Below, one piece after another: positions 45,752 to 64,000 of a stretch of DNA of 64,000 bases; the first letter of the stretch is position 1, and each line of letters begins with the position of its first letter. The position numbers and the translations under genes are program-made. The stretch is from NCBI GenBank assembly GCA_965153355.1, contig OZ231126.1:38998001-39062000 (forward strand), written 5' to 3'. A model generated the notes under the pieces. That model saw nothing but the letters and a program-made list of their open reading frames with translations. It was not told where the DNA came from and did no database searches. The stretch comes from Flaccisagitta enflata (Eukaryota).

Positions 45752-46375
45752 AAAAACAACAACAAAGAATCTGGAAGTACTACGGGCTTCTATCAACACG
45801 GCGCTTCAAGCATCAACTCCTACATCCAACATACCTGTCTGTTTGTCTGCCTATCCGAAGCCCAGAGCCTCTTGTGTCCGCTTTACCTCTCCGTCTAACT
45901 GCCCCCTCTGCATCTGCCTTCCCCCTGTGTCTGCCCCTCTGCATCTGCCACCCCCACTTTGTGTCTGCCCCCCCTCTTTTCCTCTCACCATGTTAGCGCT
46001 GTCATCAAGCGCTATATATCGACGGCGTGGATACGCAATCGGGGGCAGTCAAGTCGGAAACCAAAAGACATCAAGAATCGAAAACAAGAGTCTTCACATT
46101 GACACGTAGCAACAACTACAACAACAACACAACGTTGTGGATCGAGACCGGGGAAGACAAAAGTCACGAATAAGAAAGCGACTCGAGGAGCGCGAAAAAA
46201 CACAAAAACGAAAAAGATTGAAATACGCATGTCTGTTCGTCTGTTAGCCTGTCTGACTGTATGCAGGAATGAATCAAAAAAAAAAAAAAAAACAACAAAA
46301 AACAATGAAATCTGAGATACGCCATCTGCCTTAGACATGAACTATGTCTCGTGCATGTATTAAACCATTCATTCA

Positions 46376-46471
<96 letters not shown>

Positions 46472-46679
46472 ATATAACAGAGCTTTCTCACTGCCGACAA
46501 ATTTCCTTTTCTAGTTGCATGCATGCAACTTCAACCGGCTTTGTCCATCTGTTTGTCGGCCAGTCCCCGCAGTCAGGAGAGGACGCCGGGTCACAATATT
46601 GTTGCAGACGGGTGGGCAGGGGCATCCAACCCCCTTCCACCCCAACCTATCCCAACACTCAAACATACATAACTAGTCA

Positions 46680-47250
46680 TCCAAGGATCGCACATGGTCA
46701 GCGGTACCCGATGCCCTGCTGGTAGTGATCCAGTGAAGAGGTGGAGTGAGAGCAGGGCAGCGGCCCCAAAGGGCCGATGTCCTGTAGAACACAGGGGAGA
46801 ATTTCGAGACATCAGCCCGTCCTGAGGGGGCATATTTCAGCTTTTAGATGGCTGATTCAGGCCACTGGGGGCATATCTCAGGGCTGGAGGGCAGAATCAA
46901 GGCTTAAAGAGCAGATTTGAGGTTTGCAGGGCTGATTTGATGCCTGTAAGGCTGATTGAAGGTCTGGAGGGCAGATTTGAGGTCTGGAGGGTGGATTTGA
47001 GGCATGGGGGAGGCTAATTTCAAGTAATGAGGGCTGATTTGAGGCCTTGAGGGCTAAATTAAGGCTTGGGAGGGCTAATTTGAGGCCCAAGAGGGCTAAT
47101 TTGAGGCCCTGGAGGGCTAATTTCTGGCCCAGGAGGGCTAGTTTTACACCTTGATGCTCAACGGGGGGGGAGGGATGGATGGAAGGACGGACGGACGGAC
47201 GGACGTCTCGAAATTCCCCCCTGTGTTCTACAGGACATCGGCCCTTTGGC
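46680..47250. mobile_element. IR/21-bp-array element copy
   Basis: CAGGGCAGCGGCCCCAAAGGGCCGATGTCCTGTAGAACACAGGGG with its inverse near 47216-47249; 21-bp GAGGGCTAATTTGAGGCC-like units between. Confidence 0.75.
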
Positions 47251-49535
47251 TCTATGTGTGCACGCCGGGCACACCCCCCAAAATTTTAGCGAGCCCGACA
47301 GGAAAAGAGCGTGCCCGGTAAAAAAGGTTGTTTTACCATACTTCTAACAACACATGTTTTTTCTGAAGCCTTCAAATGAGATAGAGATAGCTACTAGTGA
47401 AATAACTACAACGTTCTTAATTTTGGAGCGTTTTGATGCATTGATTGGAAAAAAAAGTTAGGCTAAGCTTAATTTGACTTTATCTTTATGTGTAAAAGAA
47501 GTCATGCCTGTCCCTCAATTGGTTGGTCGGTTGGTCTGTCAGTCTATTGCGCAAATGTCAAAACCGCGCAAAACTGCCGATCCTGGCTTCAATCTTTCTT
47601 CTTGTCTCCTTCCCACTTTCGTTCACTTTCACTCACCTTCTCTCACCTTCATTCACTTTCATTAAAATGTTCATTCATCAAAAACGTTCATTCATACATT
47701 CTTAATCAGCCAGTACACATATCCGCCTTTTTTCCTCAGTTGAAAACAAAAAAGGATGAAATTCCAGTGTCACACTTTTAAACGCACAAAGTAAAAGATG
47801 AAAAAAAGCTCGAGTTTGATGACAAAAAGGCCGAGTTTACACAAATACTTGTGCCTCGCGATCTAAGAAAGAATGAATGAATGAATGAATGAATGAATGA
47901 ATGAATGAATGAATGAGTGAGTGAATGGAAGAATAAATGGATGGATGAATGAATAAATGAATGAGTGATTGGTTGAAGTATTGAAAGCGAGAAGGTGAAA
48001 AGAAGGCCGAGAGTGGCCATTTTGCACATTTTTTTTTTAAAGCAATTTGCACATTTTTTCCATTTTTTTTTTGAAAGCATGAGAGATCAAGAAAATAAAG
48101 AGACACAAGAGCGTGCACGCCGGGCACGCAGCTAGTAAAAGCTGCGTGCCCGACCAAAGAACTGCATGCACCGGGCACGCGGGCACGCTCTATTTTCAGG
48201 CCTGGTAATGTTGTGGGAGGTATATTAGAAGGTAACTGAAACAATTTTAATTTTCAAATTAGCATTTTCAGTTGTTGCATTTTGATTTGAAATGATCTAT
48301 GCAGGTTCGGGATTTCCCCGTGGTTATTTCTTTGTTGCTATCTTTGTCTCCCCTTTATTACGTATGTTGCTATCTTTGTCTCTTTTTTGGCAAAAAACAA
48401 AAAAATAAAAAAAAATTCGGCAGCGCCCCTTTCTACTTGATGAAGGGCAATCTTGGGGTTCTCCTCTCTAGAAAAATATTAGGACCTGAAGAAAAGTAAC
48501 CCGTTGAATCTTGATCAAAATGGTTTCTCCTCTACTTATATTCAAATAAAATATATTCAAATAAGCTGATTAATGCAGACACACCTTCAGTAATTTTGAT
48601 AATTTTCTTTCATTTGGCGCCAAGCAGAATGCTCTACAACAAATATTTTTCATAATTACGATTACAATTTTTAAAATATTTATTTACAAAAAATTCAAAT
48701 TGAATTTTTTTCAATTTTTTTATTCTAAGTAGGATCAATAAAGGAAAGTATTTATATTTGCTTAAGCATGCAAATATAAGAAAACATGTTTCTGCTCATC
48801 AAACATGTAACTGCTCATCTGTGAGGGTGTTTTTGAGCATTTCAGCTTATTTAGTTCATTTAGCTGTTTTTTTTCTTAAATGCAATAAATGAATAAATAT
48901 TTTGATATATGTTTAAGCAAGCAGATAAAAGAAAGTATATCAGTGAACAGAGTTGCTCATTTTTTGAGGGTGTTTTTAAGTATTTTAGCTCATTTAGCTC
49001 AGTTTTTTTTCTGATTTTAAGTAGAACAAATAAATAAATATTTTAATGAAGTATGCATATACAAGAAAGCATGTTGTTCAGCAAAGCTAGTTATCTAGTG
49101 GAGTGATTTTGATTATCTTAGCTCATTTAGCTTATTTGCCTCGGTTCTATTTTTCTCTGATTTTCAGTGCAATCAAAACATTCAATTACTCTTGATTTGA
49201 TCTAACAAGTTAAAAAAGAAACAAAAGCTTGATGAAAAGTAACTAATGCTTACGACTTTTTTCCTTACGGCGACAGCCGCCATTACTGGTAATTTATCTC
49301 TTAACATCGTTTCACTGAAACCCCTGGACATCAAATTGTCTTTAACAATGACATGACCACAGAGGCCACTGTAGATACGCACGGTTGCTCCTACGACCCG
49401 AATACGTGTATGTATGTTCATGTCATACATGTACATGACCATCCGAAACCAACCGACTGACAGAGCCATTCGCTAAAAAGGGAAAGTGTTCCCACAATGA
49501 AAGATGATTCAATTCTACCAACGAAACAAAACATT

Positions 49536-53623
<4,088 letters not shown>

Positions 53624-54000
53624 TTGAGTAGAGGATGACGAAGAGGAGTTGGAGGATGAGGACAAAATTGTGGCGACGTTTAAAGATGACGAAGTAACAG
53701 AAGAGGCGATGGTGAAAGAGGATACGGACACGGGTGAGGACGATTCGGATGATGAAATCGCGCTGAATCCGATGGATGATAGCCTGATTAAGTTTCAAAT
53801 GATATTTTACGAATGATGTTTTACCGATGATGTCGAGTTTGAAGATGGGGAGAACGAGGTGGCAAAAAAAAATCGATTTGGAAACCAAAAACCAATGACA
53901 GTTAGTTACGTCTATATAAAGAAAAGAGAACAACTTTCAAACTCAGTTGTTTTAATTTGTTACCAAAAGGCACTATGAACTAGGATCGGCAAAGAGTTCT

Positions 54001-54008
54001 CTTTTATA
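54001..54008 (-). promoter_or_regulatory. Candidate TATA box of the RBR gene
   Basis: Minus-strand TATAAAAG about 380 bp upstream of the ATG, with a CCAAT near 54211-54215. An alternative TATA-like word lies at 53911-53920. Confidence 0.3.
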
Positions 54009-55099
54009 GAGCTCGGTGATATTTTCTTCTTCAGCCGAAACCCGAAGAAATTCTTGCGCAATTTGCGTCCACCGTTAGCCTTATGTTTTTCTCTCAAACT
54101 CTTCGCTGACAAAACATGCAAACTGGATTTCGAGTGTCTTGAAACTATTTCGCAATCCATTGACATGAAAATACGGGTTATGAAAAGTTGAGGCCGAAGA
54201 ACAACGATTTGATTGGTACGACAAAACATGGCCAAGTTAAGGTCAATAAGTGCGCCTCGCTTGAATAAGAATTTGAGAATCTTGAGAGTATTTGATGAAT
54301 GAATGAATGAATGAATGAATGAATGAATGAATGAATGAATGAATGAATAAATAAATGTGGTACGGCGTGAAAAATCGCTTTACAAGGAACTGCCGCAATG
54401 ATTTGTTTCATGAAACAAAAAGTGAGACTTTGTAATTGCAATGATTGACTTTATTCTTCACTATATTCTTAATACTATTCGATTTGTTTGAATGTCTTTC
54501 ATCTTGTTTCTTGTTTAAGCTAGTGATCAAAATGAAATTAGAACACCATAAGAACAGTTTGACCTAAAAATAAGAAAAGAGCCTCAGAAAAAAATAACAT
54601 GTTCTTACAAAAAGAAATGATTGCACTTCAGAATAAGCCGTTTGGCACATTCAAACGGTGCGTGACCGACCAACCGACGGACCAACCAACCGACGGACGG
54701 ACATGACCTCTTATAGAAGTGCGAGAACGCTCTAAAAAAGGGGTGGAAAGTTATTTGCCGTATACGATCAATAATAAAGAAGAGAATCAGACGGAATGAA
54801 AGAAAACAAGTAACTCGGGGTTACAATATTGTTGCGGAAAAAGGTGGACGTTTTAAATGAAAAGAAAGATAAGAAAGGAAACAAGGCCGGATACACGGCC
54901 AATACCAGTCGCGGACGGGTGGGCAGGGGCGGAAATGCGTGTTTTTCCACTTTTCAACTCGATCACCACGAACCGACCAACCGACCAACGGACGGACAAA
55001 GCCTCTTATAGAGTCGCTAGTCCGCGACTAAAAATGAGAGAAAAGAGAAAAATATAGAGAAGGGAAGAAAGAAAGAGAGAAAGAAAAAAGAAAGAGGGA

Positions 55100-55163
<64 letters not shown>

Positions 55164-55418
55164 AGGAAAGAAAGAAAGAAAAAAAAGAAGGAAAAAAAGA
55201 AAGAAAGAAATAATGAAAGAAAGAGAAAAAGTAAAGAAACATGGGTGATGGTGGCCGGAGAAGACAGAGGAAAAGTCAAGACGCCAGATGCTCCAGCTGG
55301 ACTAACCATCGGTGATCGCGAAACCTTAAAGGAATGCGAAATGCAAAGCAAACGGAACCCACCATCTAGCGCAATATGCAAACCGCATTGGAATTCAAAG
55401 AAAGACAGAGAGAGTGAC

Positions 55419-55450
55419 TTCCTGCCAGACAGAGTGTCGCCAGAAGAGAC
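55419..55450 (-). promoter_or_regulatory. Candidate composite BMP/Smad response element (copy 2)
   Basis: TTCCTGC CAGAC AGAGT GTCGCC AGAAGAGAC. Confidence 0.6.
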
Positions 55451-55481
55451 AATAGGCGTCAATGAAGAAACTGTGAGGTTC

Positions 55482-55585
<104 letters not shown>

Positions 55586-55889
55586 CTGTGTCGCCAGATG
55601 CGCTGGAGGGAAGACGGAAGCTTCCAGAAGAAGCTTCATGGGAATTTTCTCACGAAACTTCATCAAAATCGCAGCTGAGCGGTCATATACTGTAAGTGCA
55701 AATTGGCCAACTTCCACTGTTAATCTAACATTTTTTGTGCTTATTTGCGCATGGTCTAACGCAAGGTTGATTGAGCTGATGCGCTCAGCAGATATTTGTT
55801 TCCATTGTCCAGTGGCTAATTCAGTTTCCATTTACTCAGTCTTTGTAAGGAACTGGGAGAATAAAGCATCCTATTACACATAATCCCGA

Positions 55890-56055
55890 CGATTTACAAC
55901 TCCGAAGCTCACATTCGCAAATCACAATACAAGCTGGGAAGCACCAAGTCATTAGGCTGGCTGAACAGTTCATAAGAAAAACTGCAAAAGCGTGGGGAGC
56001 ACTCGCGACCAGCCTTCGCTCTTTCAAAGACAAGGTCGATGTTTGGAAATCTATT
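55890..56055 (+). mobile_element. Possible decayed LINE ORF2 C-terminal remnant
   Basis: The frame reads ...FIRKTAKAWGALATSLRSFKDKVD..., resembling the F..R....WN.L......SL.SFK..L tail of CR1/L2-type ORF2. By-eye similarity only. Confidence 0.3.
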
Positions 56056-56570
56056 CTTTTTAGTTGCGGACACGCAACTCTATAAAAGGCTTTGTCCGTC
56101 CGTCCGTCCGTCTGTTTGTCCGTCCATCCGTAATGATCGAGCTGGAAAGTGTGAAAACGCGCATTTCCGCCCTTGCCCACCCATCCTCAACATGTTCCAT
56201 TCGATCATGAAATGAATGAATACGGCTGAATGTAAAAGGCGCTCAAACTTCAACAATCTCGTCTGATGCACATTTTCCTTTTTTCCAATTCTTATTAAGG
56301 AGGAATCCGCTAACTGGATAAAATATGCGGCGGTGTGTCTGCATTAATCAGCTTATTCGGATATTTTATTTGAATATTAACATACGGATATTTCATGTAG
56401 TAAATTTTGTTAATTTACTATGAAGAATATCCGGATATTGATATCCAGATGAATTATCCAAATAATATGGTGAATGCAGACGCGTTGGGGGAATGTACAT
56501 CACAATATGCAATTCAATGAGAAAATTCGGAAGAATGATAGCAGGGAATTCTTGTGCGTGTGTAATTGAC

Positions 56571-56609
<39 letters not shown>

Positions 56610-56860
56610 TGATGAGCTTCAGTATTTACGTGAAAGGGTGTGAAAAGACGAATCGTTGCACACTTCCCTCACGCCGTATTACCATAAAAACCAAGTGAAT
56701 AAAACCGAATTGTACTGATAGTCAAAGATTGTGCTCTTAATTAGGAAAATGAGCGCCAGATGTCACAGCTGCTTCCCTATCTCAACTTCTCTTCACTTCT
56801 ACATGTGTTGGCCAAACTCCATTTTTCCATTCGAACGCAAATATTGAAAACGGTCGTGAA

Positions 56861-56892
56861 TTCCTGCCAGACAGAGTGTCGCCAGAAGAGAC
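56861..56892 (-). promoter_or_regulatory. Candidate composite BMP/Smad response element (copy 3)
   Basis: TTCCTGC CAGAC AGAGT GTCGCC AGAAGAGAC. Confidence 0.6.
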
Positions 56893-56923
56893 AATGACGG
56901 TCCTGGATGACTCCGAGTGAGTG

Positions 56924-57025
<102 letters not shown>

Positions 57026-57713
57026 ACTCCCAGGAGCGCAGAAAGACGAGTGTTTAAACTGCTCATGGGAAAATTGTCAAGAAAGTTGTTCAGCAATTGC
57101 GATAGCTTAGATGGGAAAATGATGAAATTCAGCAGCTTCTTGTCAGAAAATTCGACTCAGCCACCTTTGTTTGTGAGATTTAATTCCTCATCTCGTTTGA
57201 CTCGACCTCCAATAAATAAAATTAGTATTGATGATGATATTGATAAATAATAATGATAATTTACCTTAATTTGCTGACCCATTTCTGATTTATACATCGC
57301 GGTTAAATGATTTGAAATACACAGTTTCTTTTATGGTTCACAAGGACATGTGTCTTTGCGACCCATTATGATAGAGTTGATATTGTTGTTTTAAAAGGAG
57401 CGTGTGTTTCTACTTTTTGAGTGAGTGAACAATGGTCGTTGATATGTGATAAGTTAATTCTTTTGAAATATAAAAAAAGGATTCGATTCTGAAATCAACG
57501 ACGTTTGAATTCTACCATTTTCCAAAACCTTTTATTTAATTGCATGTTTTAATCAATCCTTGACTTTGTTTTGTGTCCATTGATCTCTTCCATCGCCTCC
57601 TGACTAAATTTTCATCTTATCGTTGTTTCTTTTGTCTCCTTTCTCCCTTTCTTCTTCGTATCTTCGTTGTATCTTTTTATTTCATTCGTTCAATCTTTCT
57701 TTCTTTCTTTCGT

Positions 57714-57765
<52 letters not shown>

Positions 57766-58191
57766 TCATTCATTCATTCATTCATTCATTCATTCATTCA
57801 TTCATTCATTCATTCATTCATTCATTCATTCATTCATTCTTTCATTCATTCATTCATTCATTCTTTCATTTATTCATTTATTCGTTCATTCATTGGACCA
57901 TTTCTAGTCGCTGTCTAAGCGACTCTATAAGAGGGTCTGTCCCTTGGTCTGAATGTCTGAATGTCTGAATGTAACGCGAAAATTTTGATGACGCGAAATC
58001 GATTGAAAAACGGATTTCTGACCATCACAGCGCCTGCCTGGCGTCAATACAGCCCCAACCCACTAATGAAATGCCCCTGCCCACTCGCATCACTGCCCCT
58101 GCCCACCAGCAGCGACTTCGGATTGGCCGTGTATCCGGCCTTGTTTACATTATTTTGTCACCCATTCTCATTTCGAGATTCTATTAATCGT

Positions 58192-58289
<98 letters not shown>

Positions 58290-58990
58290 TCCATTCGTCA
58301 GGTCGAGGCTCCAGATTCTCCTTCACCTCATTTGCATTGGCACCGGATGCCAAAGATTGTCTTTTCTTCACCGTATTCTTCATCGCCGTCGTCAGCCTCA
58401 TGCTCACATGGTCATTCCTTGGGCCTGCTGCCTCCAAGAACCTCTCTCTCTCTCTCTCTCTCTGCCATCCGGCGTCCGTTGTAGCTTCCTCCGTCGCGTT
58501 TGACGTCGAAGAAACACACCATCTAAGCGACGGGATTTTCTTTCTCTTCGTGTCGTGTGGACGCAGCTTGACTCTTTCGTCGCCAGATGATATCGAAACG
58601 TCCGCCAGATGATCGAACCTCAGCGCCAAACGCCACCTTTGGATGCACACCTTTACAATGCCTTCCACCACGTTTCTCTCCTCCCCTTAGCAACGTGCGC
58701 GCTTGACAACGACCTCTCCCGGTCAACGCAGTGAAACCGGGGAACGATCCGAGAAAGAGAAAACAAAAGGAATATAGATATAGAAAATAAATGAAAACAA
58801 AAGGTCACCGTGAAGAAAAACAAAAGAACAATAGGCAAAAATGAAAAACCAATGAGGCAGAGAAAAAAAGGAGGCGGTTTGGGGCGGTGTTCGACCGAAG
58901 CCGAAACGATTTATCAAACGATTACATTTTAATAATCCCTCTGACAGATTTATGATAATTCGCTTTATAACATGAACAATACACGTTTTA

Positions 58991-59078
<88 letters not shown>

Positions 59079-59502
59079 ACGATACGCGAGCAAGCGCGCG
59101 GCCCACCGTCAACGTGATTAACCGATATGCTGATCCGAAAAACATGAACGTTATTCCTTTCATTTCACTCTGATATGTTTCTTTTTGATTTGAATCGTTT
59201 CTTTCTTTCCATTTCCTTGCCTGGTTACAGCTTCTGGAGTCAGAGGCCACGAAGCGATGAGTTAGCTGGCTGCCAGATTGTCGCTGGACGTTCCAGCTGC
59301 CACACGTCAACTCACATTTTCTCTCGCGTTCTCTCCTTAGCATTCCTTCACTTCCTCCCCCTGGCAAATGTTTACAAAAGTCAAACACAGATTTTTGTAT
59401 TTCATGAATAATTTGACCTCTCGCGCGCACATTTCAGCGAATGTTCATGTATCCTTCCTTGTTTCGTTTACTCCATTCTTTCTTGTCCCTTCTGCGTTTG
59501 AT

Positions 59503-59534
59503 TTCCGGGCAGACACTCTGTCGCCAGAAGAGAC
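59503..59534 (-). promoter_or_regulatory. Candidate composite BMP/Smad response element (copy 4)
   Basis: TTCCGGG CAGAC ACTCT GTCGCC AGAAGAGAC; a half copy GGCGCCAGAAGAGAC follows at 59575-59589. Confidence 0.6.
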
Positions 59535-60405
59535 TTCATCACGGCTCCAGATGGCGTCTAAAGAGCTTCTTTGTGGCGCCAGAAGAGACTTCATTTCGGC
59601 TCCAGATGTATTTTGGAGGAGCTTCTTTGTGGCGGCGGATGAGTTCAAACATGTCCGTTTAAAAGCGTCAACATTCCTCAAAAGAGAGAGAGAGAAAAGT
59701 GATTTTCTCTTTACTTTTATTTTTTTCCCATCGCACCGAGGACGTGGACTTCTTAGTTCCTGGGAATGCAATTGAGAAACTGAAGTGCGCAAAAAGTCGT
59801 GCACAAAGAGGGCCACAAACACACTCACATGCAAGATTATGTATCTCGAGATAGCAAGAGGGCGTGATTTCTATAATTTCTTCGTTGTCCCACTCAGGCG
59901 CGAATATAGACCTCCACCTTTTATTCTTTACCGCCAATCTATGGACAACGGGTTTTCTCCGGCACTTCATCCGGGTTGGTGTACATCCAGTGCGCACATC
60001 ACTCAACAGGTGCAGCCGTCACCGCCCGTCACTCCTAATTCACACGCCCAAGCTTCTCAATCTTGGCCACAGCACAGCACATTTCGCAAACACAGCACAT
60101 TTCGCAAAATTCCGACAACCATTGTGTTCAACAACTATTTGGTTCGCAAACACAGCACAGTTCGCAAAATTTCGACAACTAGTTAATGATGGGTGAAGTA
60201 ATGGCGATATCTGAAATGAAACTAACTTGGCGGAAAATATCTAAGATTTCTTATGATTGTACCAGAATCTTTGAAATTCTCTTTCTTCAGTTTCAATGAA
60301 AAAGTAACCAGTATTCCTAATGTATTGCAGGTGAGTTTAAGCTTCAATTAAGGAAAATGTATATCCTTTTGGGTCTAAGTTTTTTATCTCCAACATACAA
60401 ATCAG

Positions 60406-60482
<77 letters not shown>

Positions 60483-61388
60483 AACTTTCAAGAAAGAATT
60501 CGAGAATGAATTATAGTGAGGGATATTGTTCCACTTTTCATAGAATAGACAATGAAAAAAATTATGATAATAAAACGAAAGAACAACAACAGAAGAAAAA
60601 AAATCATCAGAATGGTCTTACGCTTAGGCCGGTGCGGTGTCAGGATTGAGCCTTGAAATTGAGTGGACCAATTAAAAAACCAACCTACCCCATGATTTAC
60701 TTAATTCAAGAAAGAAGTTCAAACCGGGCAAACTGACTCACGGGCAGACTCATGAATGTAAAGCCCCCAAAACTCATAATCTTTGTAGTGATCTGTTTAG
60801 ATATCTATGAATATACGCTATCATATCACAACGTATCAACTCGTCCCGTTCCACGACGACCAATCACGGGCCGTCTTTTCGGACCTCACCTTGACCAATA
60901 AGCATTCTCCATCTTCCGTCGCCATCGTAACTCGTCCGGTGCCAAATTTTGTGCCGATGAGGCCGAGGCCCGACATTGAGTCGCCACCTGGACTGGAGGA
61001 GGCGAAGAAGAGAAGGTGGAAAGGAAAGGATGGAGGAGGAAGGGGATGAAGGCATGGACTAGAAAAATGAGGCAAAGAATAGAGAAAAGTAAGGTTAAAA
61101 ATTGAAAGAAAAGAAGATAGCAGTGAGCAAAAAAGGAGAAATAGGAGGGAAGAGGAGGAGACAGGAAAGCCAAAAAGAAAGAGGAATGATTCGGCGACCG
61201 ATGGGAAAGCAGAAACCGTTTGCACACATTTACAAAAATGACCAAACAAAACAAAAAGAAAATTAATGAGGGGAATCGAAAGCAAAATGTAGAAGAATGG
61301 AATATTTGATTTTCGGGGGCCAGTTTTTGTTTGCGAGAAGCTGCCAAAGGCCAAATGCCAGAGAATGGATAAAGAACAATATTGATGT

Positions 61389-61420
61389 TTCCGGTCAGAC
61401 AGAGTGTCGCCAGAAGAGAC
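61389..61420 (-). promoter_or_regulatory. Candidate composite BMP/Smad response element (copy 5)
   Basis: TTCCGGT CAGAC AGAGT GTCGCC AGAAGAGAC. Confidence 0.6.
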
Positions 61421-62244
61421 AAGAAGGCAGCGAAGTGGCGACAGATGACTTGATAAAGAAGCGCGAAGAGAAATCAACAGAAAAAAAGGAAAAGAAAAGA
61501 GGAAACGGAACATCTTGATTATTCTTGAAGGAGCTTCGCGAGAAATGGTATTGATGCTCGTCGATGATCGTCGAGGATTCCCAGATGGTGCAAATGTGTA
61601 GTGGTTCGATTCTCACTAAATGGAGATCTTTTGTTTTGACTGGTGCAAATGTAAAGTGGGATCTCATCTGTAGTTTGAACAGATCAGTTTTTAAGTCGCG
61701 GAATTACGATGATTCTGCGAGAGACTTTTTCCGTTCGTCCGCTGGTCCGTCCACCCATCGGTCATTATGTCCATTCGTTGGTCGATCCGTAATGCTATAA
61801 ATCAAAAATGTAAAAATGCGCACTTCCGCGACAATCTCGTAACCCCTGGTCACTTGTTTGACCATACCTTGAATTAGAATGTCCGGCGGTCGCAGTAAGC
61901 TTTACCTCGATTCTATCCTTCAAGGGTGTTACAATGTTATACAATGTTACCCTTGGGTGATTTGTTGAATTTTGGATGAACGGGTATCAATCATTTGCAC
62001 TTATCTATTTTTGGTAAGCATTAGTGTTTTTATTTGGGTTAGACTCAGAATGAATGCTCGCTCAGTAGGTTTTGCTAGATGGAAAACTAGGAGTGATGCG
62101 CGTAGTAATTAGTCAGTAAGGGCTTACAAAGCCCTCTTCCATATTTCTCAATTCTCAGATTCGGTATAGTGAGGGATATGGCATATGGAAAGGCATATGG
62201 ATGAAGATTTTTAGACAGAGACCACGAAACTTAGACGACGAAAG

Positions 62245-63100
<856 letters not shown>

Positions 63101-63672
63101 GAAATAATTGAATGGATGGATGGACAGGGGCGTCCAACCCCCATCTACATCCCAATGCACCACATGTACACAAACATACAAATAAAATACTCATTTTGAC
63201 TTGTGCTGACAGACCGACAGACCAACAGACCAATGGATGGACGGACAGACAGACAAAACCTTTCATAGAATTGCATGTCCGCAACTAAAAAGCTTCCAAA
63301 AATCTTATTTTTCCCATTTTTCAACTTGTGCTGATGGACAAATGGACAGACAGACAAAGCCTCTTATAGAGTTGCGTGTCCGCAACTAAAAACAAGTTAC
63401 CAGAGGTCACAATATTTTCATACACACACGCGCACACACACACACACACACACACACTAAAAACCAATGAACAAAGTGATGGATGGACAAGAGAAAAAAG
63501 AAAAAATTCTTAGTTGTAGAAGAATAAAACAGGAGGGGGATGTCAATTTTTAGTCGCGGACTAGCGACTCTATAAGAGGCTTTGGGTGCGTTTCTACTCC
63601 GAGCCAGAGTCGCGATTCTGAGGCAGGTTTTGAAATTCGCGTTTTTGCCACCCTCATCCTGAAAAAATATTA

Positions 63673-63758
63673 GCTTTTTGCTGGGATCGAACCCACGTTC
63701 AAAAGCAATATCTCAACAAGTTAGAAGCATGCGCCCTAACTACCCGCGCCACCGAGAC
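63673..63758 (-). pseudogene. tRNA-derived sequence (Arg-TCT-like pseudogene or SINE head)
   Basis: Minus strand GTCTCGGTGGCGCGGGTAGTTAGGGCGCATGCTTCTAA...GTGGGTTCGATCCCAGC has an A box, a CTTCTAA loop and a B box. The acceptor and anticodon stems pair poorly. Confidence 0.55.
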
Positions 63759-63904
63759 TCCTACACAAAGCTGAGAAATTTTTTTTGCTAGATATCTTTA
63801 AGAAAGAGACAATTGAAGGGGATAGCCATTACAGAACTGAACCCCCATAAAGTGATCCAAAGTTCTAGAAATCGGCCACCAAAATTCAGCTGATTTGTGA
63901 GTAT

Positions 63905-63998
63905 GCCGTAGTGGCGTGACTGGTAAGGACATTGACCCCAGCTACTGATAAGTCAATTTCATCAGACAACTTGGAGTAGGTTCGATTCCACCTTGTGC
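63905..63998 (+). pseudogene. Second tRNA-derived Pol III head (A and B boxes)
   Basis: GCCGTAGTGGCGTGACTGGTAAGG...AGGTTCGATTCC; no clean cloverleaf; runs to the window edge. Confidence 0.45.
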
Positions 63999-64000
63999 TT

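Noticed and set aside
55436-55453. CTCF-site reading of GCCAGAAGAGAC
   Set aside because: Lacks the GGC half of the CTCF core; the Smad element explains more invariant positions and the variable spacer.

Overview
AT-rich, repeat-dense animal genomic DNA, probably from an invertebrate; the species cannot be determined from the sequence. Well-supported genes: two tandem, divergent ionotropic-glutamate-receptor (iGluR/IR-like) paralogues at 2.9-5.0 kb and 10.3-12.4 kb (+), an intronless noggin at 15459-16235 (+) with a decayed duplicate of its 3' end just downstream, and a two-exon Ariadne-like RBR E3 ligase at 53623-49536 (-). The first iGluR has a 592-bp MITE inside a coding exon that may be spliced out. 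A possible short five-exon orphan gene lies at 19.7-22.7 kb. Most of the rest is microsatellites and nested non-autonomous elements: Helentron/DINE-1-like elements, TA-target and 8-bp-TSD MITEs, and a 4.8-kb foldback palindrome. No transposase ORF was seen. The most striking unexplained signal is a 32-bp motif, TTCCKGN-CAGAC-N5-GTCGCC-AGAAGAGAC, present once about 2 kb upstream of noggin and four times in the 8 kb upstream of the RBR ligase. Its reverse strand matches the Smad1/Smad4(/Schnurri) BMP-response element GRCGNC-N5-GTCTG exactly, with an adjacent ETS core. This suggests a BMP-feedback regulatory neighbourhood linking noggin and the ligase, or a gene beyond the window. All coordinates and alignments were made by eye.
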